NCBI GenBank assembly: GCA_033763455.1
Contig: JANRKO010000064.1
Coordinates: 1-64,000, forward strand
Source of the DNA: Polyangiaceae bacterium
GTDB lineage: Bacteria > Myxococcota_A > Polyangia > Polyangiales > Polyangiaceae
Direction of reading: 5' to 3'
Length of the DNA: 64,000 nucleotides
Both the position numbers and the translations under genes were made by a program. The notes under the pieces were generated by a model that saw only the letters and a list, made by a program, of their open reading frames with translations, was not told the origin of the DNA and did no database searches. Shown one piece after another: positions 45,865 through 55,955 of the stretch (position 1 is the first letter of the stretch; every line of letters begins with the position of its first letter).

Positions 45865-47453
45865 GAAGCCGGCGCCACGTTGGGTGGAGTCCGCGTTTCT
45901 CCACGGAGCCTGGCGGAGAGCGTGAAGCAAAACACACTGCCTGAGGGAGCGGCTTCTTCCACCCAAGCTTTGCCGCCGTGAGCTTCAGCGATGTGTTTCA
46001 CCAACGCAAGCCCAATCCCACTGCCGCGCGTGCGTCTTTCGGAGGCGTCTTTGCCACGGACAAAGCGATCGAAGATCCGCTTGCGCTCATCTGGCAAAAT
46101 CCCGCGCCCTCGGTCCTTAACGCGCACCTCGATGAAGGCCCCGACCTCGCGCACGCTCACCGTCACCTTCTTTCCCGCCGCCGCGTATTTCAACGCGTTG
46201 TCGATTAGGTTGATAACTGCGATCTCAATGGCTCGTTCATCGAGCTCCACCAGCGGCAAACCTTCCGGAATATCGAGCTCGATGACTACTGATTCCTGCT
46301 CGGCGCGCAAGCGGCACGCATCCACAGCCCGCAAGACTGCGTCCGCTGGGGCGCACGGAGTAAAATCATAAGCAGCTTTCCCGCGCTCTACCTTAGCAAA
46401 ATCCAACACATTCTCGATGAGTGCCCCAAGGCGTTCGCTTTCGTTCACAATGATGCGCAAATATTGGTCGCGCTTTTCGTCGCTCTCAACGCGCCCGCTT
46501 TGCAGAAGCTCCCCAAACATTCGAACCAGAGAGAGTGGCGTTTTGAGTTCATGCGAAACGTTAGCCACAAAATCGCTCTTGAGATTCGAAAGATTCCGTT
46601 CGCGCGCGGCCGCCACCAAGATCACAATCACCCCGGCAATCACCACCAAACCAGAAAGCGAGAGGAGCGCTACCTCCACGATACGCCGACGAGCCACCGC
46701 TGCCCCCAACTCTTCGGCGGAGTTCATGGTGACATTGAGACGCCACTTGTAGAGTGTGGTTTCGAACTGACGCCCGAGTGTGAGGCCCCCACGGCTGAGT
46801 GGTGGGCCGTAGATGATGCGGCCATCAGCATCGACGACATTGACGCGGCTCTGCTGATCTGACTCAGGATAAAGGCTAGGGAAAAGTTCGTGGATGACAC
46901 GTGGAACGTCGTGCCACAAGACCACCATGTACCGTCGCCCGTTGATCGACCGCTCCCAGTGGCTCACAAGATAACTCTGACCTTCGTAGCTCTTGTGCAA
47001 ATGCCGAAGCTCATCCCCGTTGGGCTCACCGAGCTTCATGTCACCCAGCATGCTTCCCACGAGCAAACGCCTGAAATGCTCGTCCTCTAGCCCGGGGGCA
47101 CGCGACGCGAATGCCACCACCTCGCGCCCCGGTGCCGTGAGATCAACTAGTAGCACCGCACGAATCGTTGGCGTCTGGATGTCCGCAACTTCAAGCCAAG
47201 AGTCACCCAAATCCTGGCGCCGGGAGACATCAATCAGTGATTTTACCGCGTTATCTTGCTCGATAATGCGTTTGTCGAGCCTGTCTGCGCGCTCGTTTGC
47301 TAAAGCGAGCGTCGCCTCCAGCACCGACTGTGAGCGCAATTTTTCGAGCTGAAAACTGCTGCGGAACATAACGCCCATCAGCACCAGCTCAGCCAAAACG
47401 ATGACGGGGAGCAAAAAGAACGTGAGCAGCCGTTCCTGAGTTCGTTCCGCCAC
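45861..47453 (-). CDS. Membrane sensor histidine kinase
   Basis: DFVANVSHELKTP, NLIDNALKY, DRGRGI, GSGIGLALVKH; two TM helices. Confidence 0.93.
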   Translation of the reverse strand: MAERTQERLLTFFLLPVIVLAELVLMGVMFRSSFQLEKLRSQSVLEATLALANERADRLDKRIIEQDNAVKSLIDVSRRQDLGDSWLEVADIQTPTIRAVLLVDLTAPGREVVAFASRAPGLEDEHFRRLLVGSMLGDMKLGEPNGDELRHLHKSYEGQSYLVSHWERSINGRRYMVVLWHDVPRVIHELFPSLYPESDQQSRVNVVDADGRIIYGPPLSRGGLTLGRQFETTLYKWRLNVTMNSAEELGAAVARRRIVEVALLSLSGLVVIAGVIVILVAAARERNLSNLKSDFVANVSHELKTPLSLVRMFGELLQSGRVESDEKRDQYLRIIVNESERLGALIENVLDFAKVERGKAAYDFTPCAPADAVLRAVDACRLRAEQESVVIELDIPEGLPLVELDERAIEIAVINLIDNALKYAAAGKKVTVSVREVGAFIEVRVKDRGRGILPDERKRIFDRFVRGKDASERRTRGSGIGLALVKHIAEAHGGKAWVEEAAPSGSVFCFTLSARLRGETRTPPNVAPAS

Positions 47454-47574
47454 GCCCGGAAGACTAGCGAAGCACTCGGCTCAGCGCACCCTCCCCGCGA
47501 CACCCCCAATGGCGATCCCCTGGGTGAGCCCCGCTGGCAGCCACCGAGGCCGGGGCGACCACCGGGCTACGACC

Positions 47575-48840
47575 CTAGCGCTTCGGAGGAGGCTGACTCA
47601 GCACGACTTCGGCATCGAGCACAATGGGCCTGTCGGCAAGGAATTGCGCGAAGCGCTCCCCGATATACGAAAGGGCATTCAGCTCGTTCTCAAAGAACTC
47701 GCCGCCATCTGCTGGATCGGCCAGCTCCAAAAGCCCGAGGTACCGACCCCCAAGGCGAACGGGCACCAGCACAACCTTGGACGGAGCGAACTCCAAAACC
47801 TGCCAGCGCGCTTGCCCCCCCGCATCCGTCAACAGGGTGGGAGCATCCCGGCGCATAGCACCCACGACCCAAGGCTCCCGATCCGATATGCGCGACAAAA
47901 GCGCGCGTTCGTGCCTTTCCCCGCTGGCGCGAACCAACACGAACTCGTTCGCGTTGATATCGAACACGTGCACGAGACAATACTTCACCGGGATGAGCTT
48001 CGATGTGACACCCAGCACGAACTCAGCCCCTTCGGTGACACCCCGTTGATACGAAAGCTCGTGCATCGTGTCGAAAAGATCCGACACCAAATCCGCGACG
48101 GGATCACGAGGTTGGGCGTGAATCACCGGAGCCAGAGCTTGGGCGTGAATCACCGGAGCCGCGACGGCAACTCCCGGAACAGGGGCCTCGGTGGCCGCCG
48201 GCCCCTCCACTTTAGGCAGCCGGCTCGCGGGGGGAACCGAAACCGCTGGCACACTGACCGCACCGAACGGCCACTGGCTAACGCGCGACGGCTCAGAAGG
48301 AAACGCCAACGTAGGTGCGCCTCTCCAATCCTTCCAGATTAACACCGCCAACGGTGCCCGTTCGGGGGCGTCCGTGAACGAGTGATCGAACGCCGCCAAC
48401 TGAATGAACTTTCGCCCCGGGGTAGACTCAAGCGCCGCGATGATTTCGCGCGACTTACCCCAGAGCAGCCGCTCTACCTGCGCAAGGTCCAAACCAGGCG
48501 CCACAGCATACGCGTACTCTTGGTAACAGAAGGCCACCTCTTCGGTGGGCTGAAGTTCGCGCTTGGCCACAAGCGTGTGGTTCGGCAGCGGGTCGACAAC
48601 ATCCGGGGAGATTGTTCCGGGCTCTTCAGAAGGGAAAGCCGACGGAGCGCCCACCGAGGGAGCTGGAGCTGAGGCCGAACGTTCACGCATGGGGGTGCGT
48701 GGCGATAATGGCCCGCGGTCCGCGCTTTGCAACCCCGCGCTTTCGGATTCGAACACAATCCCGGGCTGGGACGGTGGCCCGGATGAGATTTTTTTGTGGC
48801 CCTGAGGTGGCACAGATAGAGTTTCCGAATTGCTTTGCAT
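47575..48840 (-). CDS. GAF-domain protein with an unidentified middle domain
   Basis: C-terminal VVLVPVRLGGRYLGLLELAD...F.ENELNALSYI GAF pattern; Pro-rich linkers. Start uncertain. Confidence 0.7.
   Translation of the reverse strand: MQSNSETLSVPPQGHKKISSGPPSQPGIVFESESAGLQSADRGPLSPRTPMRERSASAPAPSVGAPSAFPSEEPGTISPDVVDPLPNHTLVAKRELQPTEEVAFCYQEYAYAVAPGLDLAQVERLLWGKSREIIAALESTPGRKFIQLAAFDHSFTDAPERAPLAVLIWKDWRGAPTLAFPSEPSRVSQWPFGAVSVPAVSVPPASRLPKVEGPAATEAPVPGVAVAAPVIHAQALAPVIHAQPRDPVADLVSDLFDTMHELSYQRGVTEGAEFVLGVTSKLIPVKYCLVHVFDINANEFVLVRASGERHERALLSRISDREPWVVGAMRRDAPTLLTDAGGQARWQVLEFAPSKVVLVPVRLGGRYLGLLELADPADGGEFFENELNALSYIGERFAQFLADRPIVLDAEVVLSQPPPKR
48112..48160. repeat. 27-bp-period coding duplication (APVIHAQ twice)
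   Basis: TTGGGCGTGAATCACCGGAGCC at 48112 and 48139. Confidence 0.85.
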
Positions 48841-49019
48841 CGAAGAAGGTACCCAACGGGGAGGCTAGCCGTTGACTTAGGTAGTTGCCCAACACAAAGC
48901 AAACAGCTCATGCAAAAAAACGTGCATTTATCGAGTACACATTGCCGAAACATCCCGTGCTCAGGGCGCTGGCCGAGCTGTTGTGGAAGCCACCGGCATG
49001 GTACACGGGCGTGCTTTTC

Positions 49020-51194
49020 ATGAAGCAACAGTTAACCAGCGCATTGCGCTTGACGCGGCAAACATTAAAAAACGCGCGAGTTGAGCCCTACATCTATGCA
49101 TTGTTCGCGGGAACCTGCGTCCTTCTGGCCGCCTGCTGGTTCTACTCTTCAATGAGACTGCAAACGCTCTACTCCATAGCCTGGGACGACCCGCGTTTTT
49201 CGAGCTGGATAGAAGGAGGCCGGGAACCCCGCATGGGGCCGTGGTCGGCCCCGCTGGACGACGTATTTATTCACTTCGATTTTGCGCGCTCCATTGCACG
49301 CGGGCATCCCTTTGAGTGGTCCGTGGGGAATGGCTATTCGAGTGGTGACACGAGCCTACTCTATCCGTTCGTACTGGCTATAGGTTACCTACTCGGCTTT
49401 CACGGCAACCTCATGTATTTTGCTGCGCTCGTTGCCTGTGTGAGCGTCTTTGCGGGGCTTCTGGCCGCACGCCAAATGTATCTCTCACTGCCGCGCTACA
49501 CATCTTATGTGGCGCCCATTGTGCTCCTCAGCGTAGGGGCGCTGAATTGGTCTTTTTTTAGCGGGATGGAAGTCGCTTTTTTCTTAGGGCTCTGGGGCGC
49601 AGCGTTCACCATCTGGGATCACGCTTGCCGGAGTAGTCGGGAGTCGGGCGTACCTTGGGGGGCCCTTTTTGCACTCGGGCTTGCAAATGCGTTGCTCGTG
49701 GGCACTCGCCCCGAGGCGGTTACCTGCGTAGCCGTGCTCAGCATCAGCGTTACCTTGGCGCTCTGGAACAAGCTGAACGTATCCCGTGGGCTCGGCGTGT
49801 TGGCATGCGCAGTCCTTCCCGGGGCCATCGTGGTTCTAGGCCAGAGCCTTGCTAACTACATCTTCACTGGAGAAACGGCAGCGGCGGGCGCGATCGCCAA
49901 GCTGGAGATCCACCACCCTTACCTAACGCTGAGAGAGGTGTGGGATTCGTGGCAGTTCCACCTCGTTTACCAATTCAACCGGGTCACTAACTACCACTTC
50001 TCTGAAGCACCACGGGTGGGCTTCATTGTTTGGATACTGGCAGCGATTCCGCTCATCCTGCCGGGCACGCGCCGCGTAGCGCTCATGCTGTGGGTCAACA
50101 TCGTGCTATGGGGCTCGGTTGTGGCTCTCAATGGCCAAGTGCGGTGGCAAAACGAGCGCTACGCTATGCCCGCTGTTGCATGGCTCTTGCTGTTGGCGGC
50201 GCTTGGCCTTGCGATCCTGCTTGATCTCGGCGTGCGCGGTATTGTTGAGCAAAGGGCGAGCGCGGTTGCTGCCGGTGTGCTCGGAGTTGCCGCCGTCGGG
50301 GTTTTCGCCACCTTTCAGGCGGCCCGCTTTCGGGACCAAGTGTGGTTTTTCGGGCGCGCATCGCGCAACATTTGGGACCAACATGTCGCGGTAGGGCGCC
50401 TCTTGAGAGATCAGCTCAAGCCCGAACGCGTGCTGGTGGGGGATGCCGGCGCGATTCCCTATGTCGCTGACCTTCCTGCGCTCGACATCATTGGGCTCGG
50501 GGGCTACTCAGATTTGCCGTTCGCTCGCGCCACGCGTTTAGGAGTTGCCGCGGCTATCGAATTGTTGGAGCGCTTGCCCAACGAAGAAAGGCCAGATCTT
50601 CTGGCCATCTACCCCTCCTGGTGGGGGGATTTTCCGTTGTGGTTCGGCAATGAAATTGCCGAGGTTCCGGTGCGCGGGAACGTCATCGCAGGCGGCGCGA
50701 GCAAAGTTATCTACTCTCCCGATTGGTCACCGCTCTGGCTCAGTGATCAGCCTCACAGGTTAGCATCTGGTGAGGTTGTGGATTCGCTGGATTTCGCTGA
50801 TCTGGTGAATGAACGCGCCCACGCTTATCGAAAGCCGGAGAGGAAAGCCGGCTACGTGAGCATGAAGATCCTCACCTACGCCGATAGCCCCCACGCCCCA
50901 GTTTGGGATGCGGGGCGGGTCGCCACCCCCCTTGAGTCTCTGCAATTTTCGCTAAAGCCGCTCCACACGGGCAAGCCTGCTCGGTTAGTGCTGCGGGCAG
51001 CCCCTATACACCCTGAAACGTTTGAGCTGCGCGTGAATGGGCAGCCCATTCCAACCCCTACCCTCTCCCCGTCAGATGCCTGGCAAGACATTGAGGTGCC
51101 GCTCGCTCAAGATGTTGTAGCGCCAACATTGGAAATTGAGTTGAAATCACGCACGCATACCATCACGTGGTACCACCTTTGGCTTGTGCAGTGA
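49020..51194 (+). CDS. Multi-pass membrane protein, GT-C glycosyltransferase-like
   Basis: First-loop LDDVFIHFDFAR..GH...SSGDTSLLY, SGME, RPE; about 12 TM segments plus a soluble C-terminal domain. Confidence 0.65.
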   Translation: MKQQLTSALRLTRQTLKNARVEPYIYALFAGTCVLLAACWFYSSMRLQTLYSIAWDDPRFSSWIEGGREPRMGPWSAPLDDVFIHFDFARSIARGHPFEWSVGNGYSSGDTSLLYPFVLAIGYLLGFHGNLMYFAALVACVSVFAGLLAARQMYLSLPRYTSYVAPIVLLSVGALNWSFFSGMEVAFFLGLWGAAFTIWDHACRSSRESGVPWGALFALGLANALLVGTRPEAVTCVAVLSISVTLALWNKLNVSRGLGVLACAVLPGAIVVLGQSLANYIFTGETAAAGAIAKLEIHHPYLTLREVWDSWQFHLVYQFNRVTNYHFSEAPRVGFIVWILAAIPLILPGTRRVALMLWVNIVLWGSVVALNGQVRWQNERYAMPAVAWLLLLAALGLAILLDLGVRGIVEQRASAVAAGVLGVAAVGVFATFQAARFRDQVWFFGRASRNIWDQHVAVGRLLRDQLKPERVLVGDAGAIPYVADLPALDIIGLGGYSDLPFARATRLGVAAAIELLERLPNEERPDLLAIYPSWWGDFPLWFGNEIAEVPVRGNVIAGGASKVIYSPDWSPLWLSDQPHRLASGEVVDSLDFADLVNERAHAYRKPERKAGYVSMKILTYADSPHAPVWDAGRVATPLESLQFSLKPLHTGKPARLVLRAAPIHPETFELRVNGQPIPTPTLSPSDAWQDIEVPLAQDVVAPTLEIELKSRTHTITWYHLWLVQ

Positions 51195-51248
51195 GTTCAG
51201 TGTGAGTGCGCGCCTGAGGCTGGCTCTGGATCGTTCGGTGAGGACAAG

Positions 51249-53276
51249 GTGAGCACGCCTTTTAGCCCCTTGGGGTTGCCCGAAAATGCAGCAGCATGGG
51301 TGTTAGTTGTTTCCGCACTAGCCCTCGCGATCCTTTGGACCAAACTTTCCAAGGTCACCGCGTTCTTAGCAGCACGGCCACGCCTCAGCGTGACAGTGCT
51401 CAGCGTAACCGCGGGCATACTCTCGCTTCTCTATGTTGCCCACTACCTACGCGGTGGCCCACGCATTGTGGACGCCACAAGCTATTTCCTGGAGGCGCGC
51501 ACCTTCGCAAGTGGCCATTTCTCGCTCAATTTGCCCGAGCCGAGCGGCTCATTTCGAGGGCGCTTCCTGTTGCCTGGTCTCGACGGCAAGACGCAGGCCG
51601 TCATTTTTCCACCCGGCTACCCGGCGGTCTTAGCGGTAGGGTTCTTGGCGCACGCGCCAATGTTCGTGGGGCCCATCCTAGCGTGTGGGCTCGTGCTCGC
51701 GACCTACCTCTTAAGTCGCGAGATTTTTGCTGACTCGAACGTTGCGCTGACAGCGGCGTTGCTATCTGTGTTGTGTGCCGCGCTCCGTTACCACACCGCG
51801 GATACAATGTCGCACGGGCTCTCGGCGCTGCTCTTCACCCTGAGCCTGCTGGGTAGCTTCAAGGGCAAGCAGATCGGAGCCTGCATCAGTGGGCTTGCAC
51901 TCGGCTGGTTGCTCGCCACACGGCCCGTCACCGGCTTAGTGGGCGTGCTCATCTGCACACCCTGGTTAATCCGAAACCGAGCGTGGCTAGCGCTGCCCGC
52001 ACTCTTGCCGGGGCTAACGCTGCTAAGTGCATACCAGGCGAGCGCCACGGGTTCGGCCTTCAACTCACCCCAGCTAGCCTACTACGCACTCTCCGACGGG
52101 CCTGAAAACTGCTTTCGCCTCGGCTTCGGTCAAGGCATCGGTTGTCGCTTTGAGCACGGAGAGTTCGTGCAACGAGAACTGCGAAACGGTTACGGATTGC
52201 TACAAGCTGGGTTCGTTACCGCACGCCGTCTTGGCTGGCATTTAGGGGACATTACAAATTTTGTTCCCGCTGCACTCCTGTTACCCTGGGCAGGCAAAGC
52301 CACCTTCGCGAATCCCCAAGCGCGCACGCTCCTTGCCGCAGTTATCCTACAGATGTGTGCCTACGCACTCTTCTACTACGATGGAAACTACCCAGGCGGC
52401 GGCGCCCGCCTGTTCGCGGACATCCTTCCCTTGGAGCACATTCTCTTGGCCTACGCCTTCACCACGCTAGGGCTCACGCGTTGGCTCGCCCCCACAGCGT
52501 TCCTTGGTTTTGCGCTACATGTTGGGCACGGCCATGCGGCGCTGAGAGAGCGAGAAGGCGGGCGGCCCATGTACGAACCAGAAGTGCTACGGCAAGCCAA
52601 GGTAACGAACGGGCTCGTATTCGTGAGAACAGACCACGGCTTTAACCTGGGGCACGATCCGGGCCTTCATTCGGCCACCTCCGGTGTTTTCGTAGCAAGG
52701 CGCACCGACGACGACCGCGAATACGCACTCTTCGAAAGCCTGGGCAGGCCACCAACGTACCGCTACGAGTTCGACGCCTGGCACCCCAACACTACCCCTG
52801 TGTTGCGCCCGTTTGTTCCCACTCGCAAATCTACCCAGATTAACACCTTAACAACGTTCTACGAGTTGGAGCGCGAGTGGCCACCGTTAGAACGGAGTGC
52901 TGGCTGGGCGAAGCCGTCCTTCTCGGGAGCGCCCTGTGTATCCGGCGGCCGAGGCCTACGCCTCATGCCCTCAAGTGAGGGGAACGCTGCCGTACAGGTG
53001 GCCTTGCCCGCTCACGTCCGAGCCAGCGTGGACGCCGAGCTCACTTACTGGGTGAAGGCCCGAGGAGCCGCGTTTCGGGTACACCTGGCATCCAACGCCC
53101 AGCGCCAACTCCTGGTTGACCGAACCGTAGCGGAGCCTGGCCCCTGTCAGAGCGTCCGGTTCTCGCTGGATTTGGCACGCCGGCCAGGGAGCCCCGGGGC
53201 CCCGCGACTTGAGATCGAGACAACCGGCGGGGAAGTACTCTTCGACAGCCTTCGCATCACCGAGGCACACCACTAA
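51249..53276 (+). CDS. Multi-pass membrane protein, ArnT/PMT-like GT-C glycosyltransferase
   Basis: First-loop IVDATSY..EARTFASG, FPPGYPAVLA, TRP; many TM segments and a C-terminal soluble domain. Confidence 0.65.
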   Translation: MSTPFSPLGLPENAAAWVLVVSALALAILWTKLSKVTAFLAARPRLSVTVLSVTAGILSLLYVAHYLRGGPRIVDATSYFLEARTFASGHFSLNLPEPSGSFRGRFLLPGLDGKTQAVIFPPGYPAVLAVGFLAHAPMFVGPILACGLVLATYLLSREIFADSNVALTAALLSVLCAALRYHTADTMSHGLSALLFTLSLLGSFKGKQIGACISGLALGWLLATRPVTGLVGVLICTPWLIRNRAWLALPALLPGLTLLSAYQASATGSAFNSPQLAYYALSDGPENCFRLGFGQGIGCRFEHGEFVQRELRNGYGLLQAGFVTARRLGWHLGDITNFVPAALLLPWAGKATFANPQARTLLAAVILQMCAYALFYYDGNYPGGGARLFADILPLEHILLAYAFTTLGLTRWLAPTAFLGFALHVGHGHAALREREGGRPMYEPEVLRQAKVTNGLVFVRTDHGFNLGHDPGLHSATSGVFVARRTDDDREYALFESLGRPPTYRYEFDAWHPNTTPVLRPFVPTRKSTQINTLTTFYELEREWPPLERSAGWAKPSFSGAPCVSGGRGLRLMPSSEGNAAVQVALPAHVRASVDAELTYWVKARGAAFRVHLASNAQRQLLVDRTVAEPGPCQSVRFSLDLARRPGSPGAPRLEIETTGGEVLFDSLRITEAHH

Positions 53277-53322
53277 AGCACCAGCAAAGGTGAGCCAGGG
53301 CGTTAACCGTGGCTAAAAGTCG

Positions 53323-53352
53323 TTGACAATCGAGGCCTTAACCCTGGACGAT
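53323..53352 (+). promoter_or_regulatory. Putative housekeeping-sigma promoter for ihfB
   Basis: TTGACA-18 bp-GACGAT, followed by a GGAGG RBS. Confidence 0.5.
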
Positions 53353-53387
53353 GTGGGTGGAAGTCTTCGAGGGAGGCTTTTTTCCTG

Positions 53388-53726
53388 ATGACCAAGAGTG
53401 AGCTCATTGAGGTTATCTCTGCCAACGGCGAGCTTACCAAGGCACGCGCCGAGATGGTGGTGAACTGCATCTTCGACACCATGGTGCACGCGCTGCAGGC
53501 GGGCGAAGGCATTGAAATTCGCGGTTTTGGCAGTTTCTCGGTGCGGCCCTACAAGCCCTACGATGGGCGTAACCCACGTACGGGGGAGCCAGTTCCTGTG
53601 GCAGCCAAACGCTTGCCGTTTTTTAAGGTCGGCAAGGAGCTCAAGGAGCTGGTCAACGAATCACCAGCGCGCGGCGGGCGCCCGGAGCCTGCGAATCCGG
53701 GCGAACACGGCACGTCCACCAAGTAA
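53388..53726 (+). CDS. ihfB: Integration host factor beta / HU family protein
   Basis: MTKSELIE, IEIRGFGSFSVR, GRNPRTGE, PFFKVGKELKE. Confidence 0.9.
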   Translation: MTKSELIEVISANGELTKARAEMVVNCIFDTMVHALQAGEGIEIRGFGSFSVRPYKPYDGRNPRTGEPVPVAAKRLPFFKVGKELKELVNESPARGGRPEPANPGEHGTSTK

Positions 53727-53823
53727 TGGGGCGAGCCGGCTGATTCGTTGGACTGAGCCAGCTCCGCGCATCGCGACCTGTCCTGCGGGGACAGCGATCC
53801 CGCATTTACCGCGCGGGTTTGCT

Positions 53824-54849
53824 GTGGCTGTCTTGGCCTGGTTGGCGCTGGTGCCTGCCGGCTGCTCGCCGCACGCTGCCCCTCCCCCCGTAGCACCAGC
53901 TAGCAGAGTGGCTCCTCTATTTTTGGGCCAAGCCGAAGACTACGTCCCAGCCGCGGGCCTACGTTGGCTCATTTCGATTGATGTCGCGCGGTTAGCAAAG
54001 AATGGCGATTTACTCACCATGGTTTCCGCTTTGGTGCCGAAAGAGCGCATGGATCACTTTGGAAACGTGAGCGGCTTCAAGCTCGAACAAGTGCAGCGTT
54101 TGGTCATCGCCGGTTTCGATTATTCGACGCTCTACGTCGTACAGGTGCGTGGAGACAATTCTAGAATTGAACAGCGGTTCATCGAACGTCTGCGCCACGA
54201 TCCAATCGTTACCCACCCGCGCCCGGCGCTCACCACAACCACGGGCATGGCCGGCGGCGCGCCGCAGCGCATGGTGCGCATTTCAAATCACTTGGTTGCC
54301 ATTGCCGTGGGAGATCCAACACCCGCCCGCGCAGTGGAGGCGTATGCATTGGGGCGCTTGAAGAAGTCTCCCTCGGCGTTTAAAGGCGCGGCGTTTAGCA
54401 CACTGCCAACCGAATTGGCTGATGCGGATCTACTCTTCTTTGCGCCGGGCCCCTTCAAAGACGAGTGGGCAGAAGGCGTGCGTGGGCTGTTGCAAGGAGC
54501 ACTTGCCGTCGGAGCAACGGGCAAGATCCTGAAAGACGCCAACATTCGGTTATCGCTCTGGCTCTCAGGCGGCTTTGCCGAAACACCAGGCGCTTCAGAC
54601 CAACTGCTTGAGGGTTGGAACGCCGTCGTGCAAAGCCCGTTTGGCCACCTGCTTGGAGCCCACGAACCCGTCGAGGCCCCACGCATCAGCGAACGCTCCG
54701 ATGCCCTGCGTCTCGACGTCAGCCTGCGGCTCTCGGCAGCTGTGTCCGGCTTGCACGCAGCAGTCAGCGCCGAAGCGTGGCAGTTTTTGGGTCTGGGGCA
54801 GAACAGCGCGTTGGAACACACAGGGTCACAAGAAGCCCTGCCGGATTAA
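53824..54849 (+). CDS. Hypothetical lipoprotein
   Basis: Hydrophobic stretch ending VPAG-C followed by a Pro-rich linker. No in-frame ATG, so the start is uncertain (53740-53824). Confidence 0.55.
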   Translation: MAVLAWLALVPAGCSPHAAPPPVAPASRVAPLFLGQAEDYVPAAGLRWLISIDVARLAKNGDLLTMVSALVPKERMDHFGNVSGFKLEQVQRLVIAGFDYSTLYVVQVRGDNSRIEQRFIERLRHDPIVTHPRPALTTTTGMAGGAPQRMVRISNHLVAIAVGDPTPARAVEAYALGRLKKSPSAFKGAAFSTLPTELADADLLFFAPGPFKDEWAEGVRGLLQGALAVGATGKILKDANIRLSLWLSGGFAETPGASDQLLEGWNAVVQSPFGHLLGAHEPVEAPRISERSDALRLDVSLRLSAAVSGLHAAVSAEAWQFLGLGQNSALEHTGSQEALPD

Positions 54850-54913
54850 CGCGGCGAGTTTCAACGGAGGGGAAAGCAGCCGGCTCGGGATCGTGGTATC
54901 GCTCGGGGCCTTG

Positions 54914-55762
54914 ATGAGCGCCCTTGATTGCGAAGTTGTTGTCACGCGCCTGGGAGCAATCGCCGTCCGCGATCGTGTGAGCGGCGAGACCATGCATCCG
55001 ATGGGGCCCTCGGTCGAGGCACGCGAGGTTTACGTCGGGCCTTCCCGCTTGGAGGCTCGGCTTCGCGAGGGCGGGGCTCCTCTTTTGGTGCTCGACGTTG
55101 GACTTGGGGCAGCATCGAACGCGATCGCGGCTTGGCGGGTCTCCGAGGCCCTGCCTGAAACGGCGCGGCGACTAGAGATCGTGAGCTTCGAGCACGATCT
55201 CGGCGCCCTCCGGCTCGCGCTTGAGCCCGCTCACGCCGAGGCCTTCGGATTCTCGAACAGGGCGTCCCCCGAACATCGTGCAGCGAATGCGATCGCTCGT
55301 TACGGAGCGTACGAGACTCCGCGCACATCGTGGCGCCTCAGCTTTGGGGACTTTCTGCCGGCACTTGCTAAAGAGCCAGCGTCTTCGGCAGACATTGTCT
55401 TCTGGGACATGTTCTCTCGCGGCGTGAACCCGGAACTCTGGACGGCGTCCACGTTCGCGGCGCTGCGGCGGGTATGTCGCGAAGGCGCTACGGTGCACAC
55501 CTACAATGCCGCGACGTCCACGCGCTCAGCGATGCTGTTGGGCGGCTTCGCCGTAGGCGTGGGCGGTGGAACGGGCGATCGCAGCCAGACGACAATCGCG
55601 GCAGTCAATCACCGGGATCTCACTTTGCCGCTGGACGCGCGGTGGCTCAAGCGGCTCGAACGTTCTTCCGCTCCTTTTCCTCCAGACGTGGAGAACGACA
55701 CCGAGGCTCGCGTCGCAGCGTTAGCGCGGATCCGGAGTCAGCCGCAGTTTTCCGCAATCTGA
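54914..55762 (+). CDS. Stand-alone MnmC-like SAM-dependent methyltransferase domain
   Basis: GETMHP, LDVGLGAASN, VSFE, DIVFWDMFS..NPELW, TY pattern as in the MnmC methyltransferase domain. Confidence 0.75.
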   Translation: MSALDCEVVVTRLGAIAVRDRVSGETMHPMGPSVEAREVYVGPSRLEARLREGGAPLLVLDVGLGAASNAIAAWRVSEALPETARRLEIVSFEHDLGALRLALEPAHAEAFGFSNRASPEHRAANAIARYGAYETPRTSWRLSFGDFLPALAKEPASSADIVFWDMFSRGVNPELWTASTFAALRRVCREGATVHTYNAATSTRSAMLLGGFAVGVGGGTGDRSQTTIAAVNHRDLTLPLDARWLKRLERSSAPFPPDVENDTEARVAALARIRSQPQFSAI

Positions 55763-55809
55763 GGAGTGCGATCATACAAAGCGCAACTCCCCCCAGAGCC
55801 TCCGCAAGG

Positions 55810-55839
55810 TTGACGTGGGCAGCCCCCATGCGGTATAAG
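55810..55839 (+). promoter_or_regulatory. Putative housekeeping-sigma promoter for cdnL
   Basis: TTGACG-18 bp-TATAAG. Confidence 0.6.
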
Positions 55840-55955
55840 GAAGGGCTAAGTGTCGCTCGGTTCGCTCAAAAGAAGCGGGGTTCGAGAAGGTGGGAGCAGC
55901 CATCGTGTGCAGTGCCTGCGATGGCTGTGAATTTGTAAGGAAGAACGGAGGCGGA

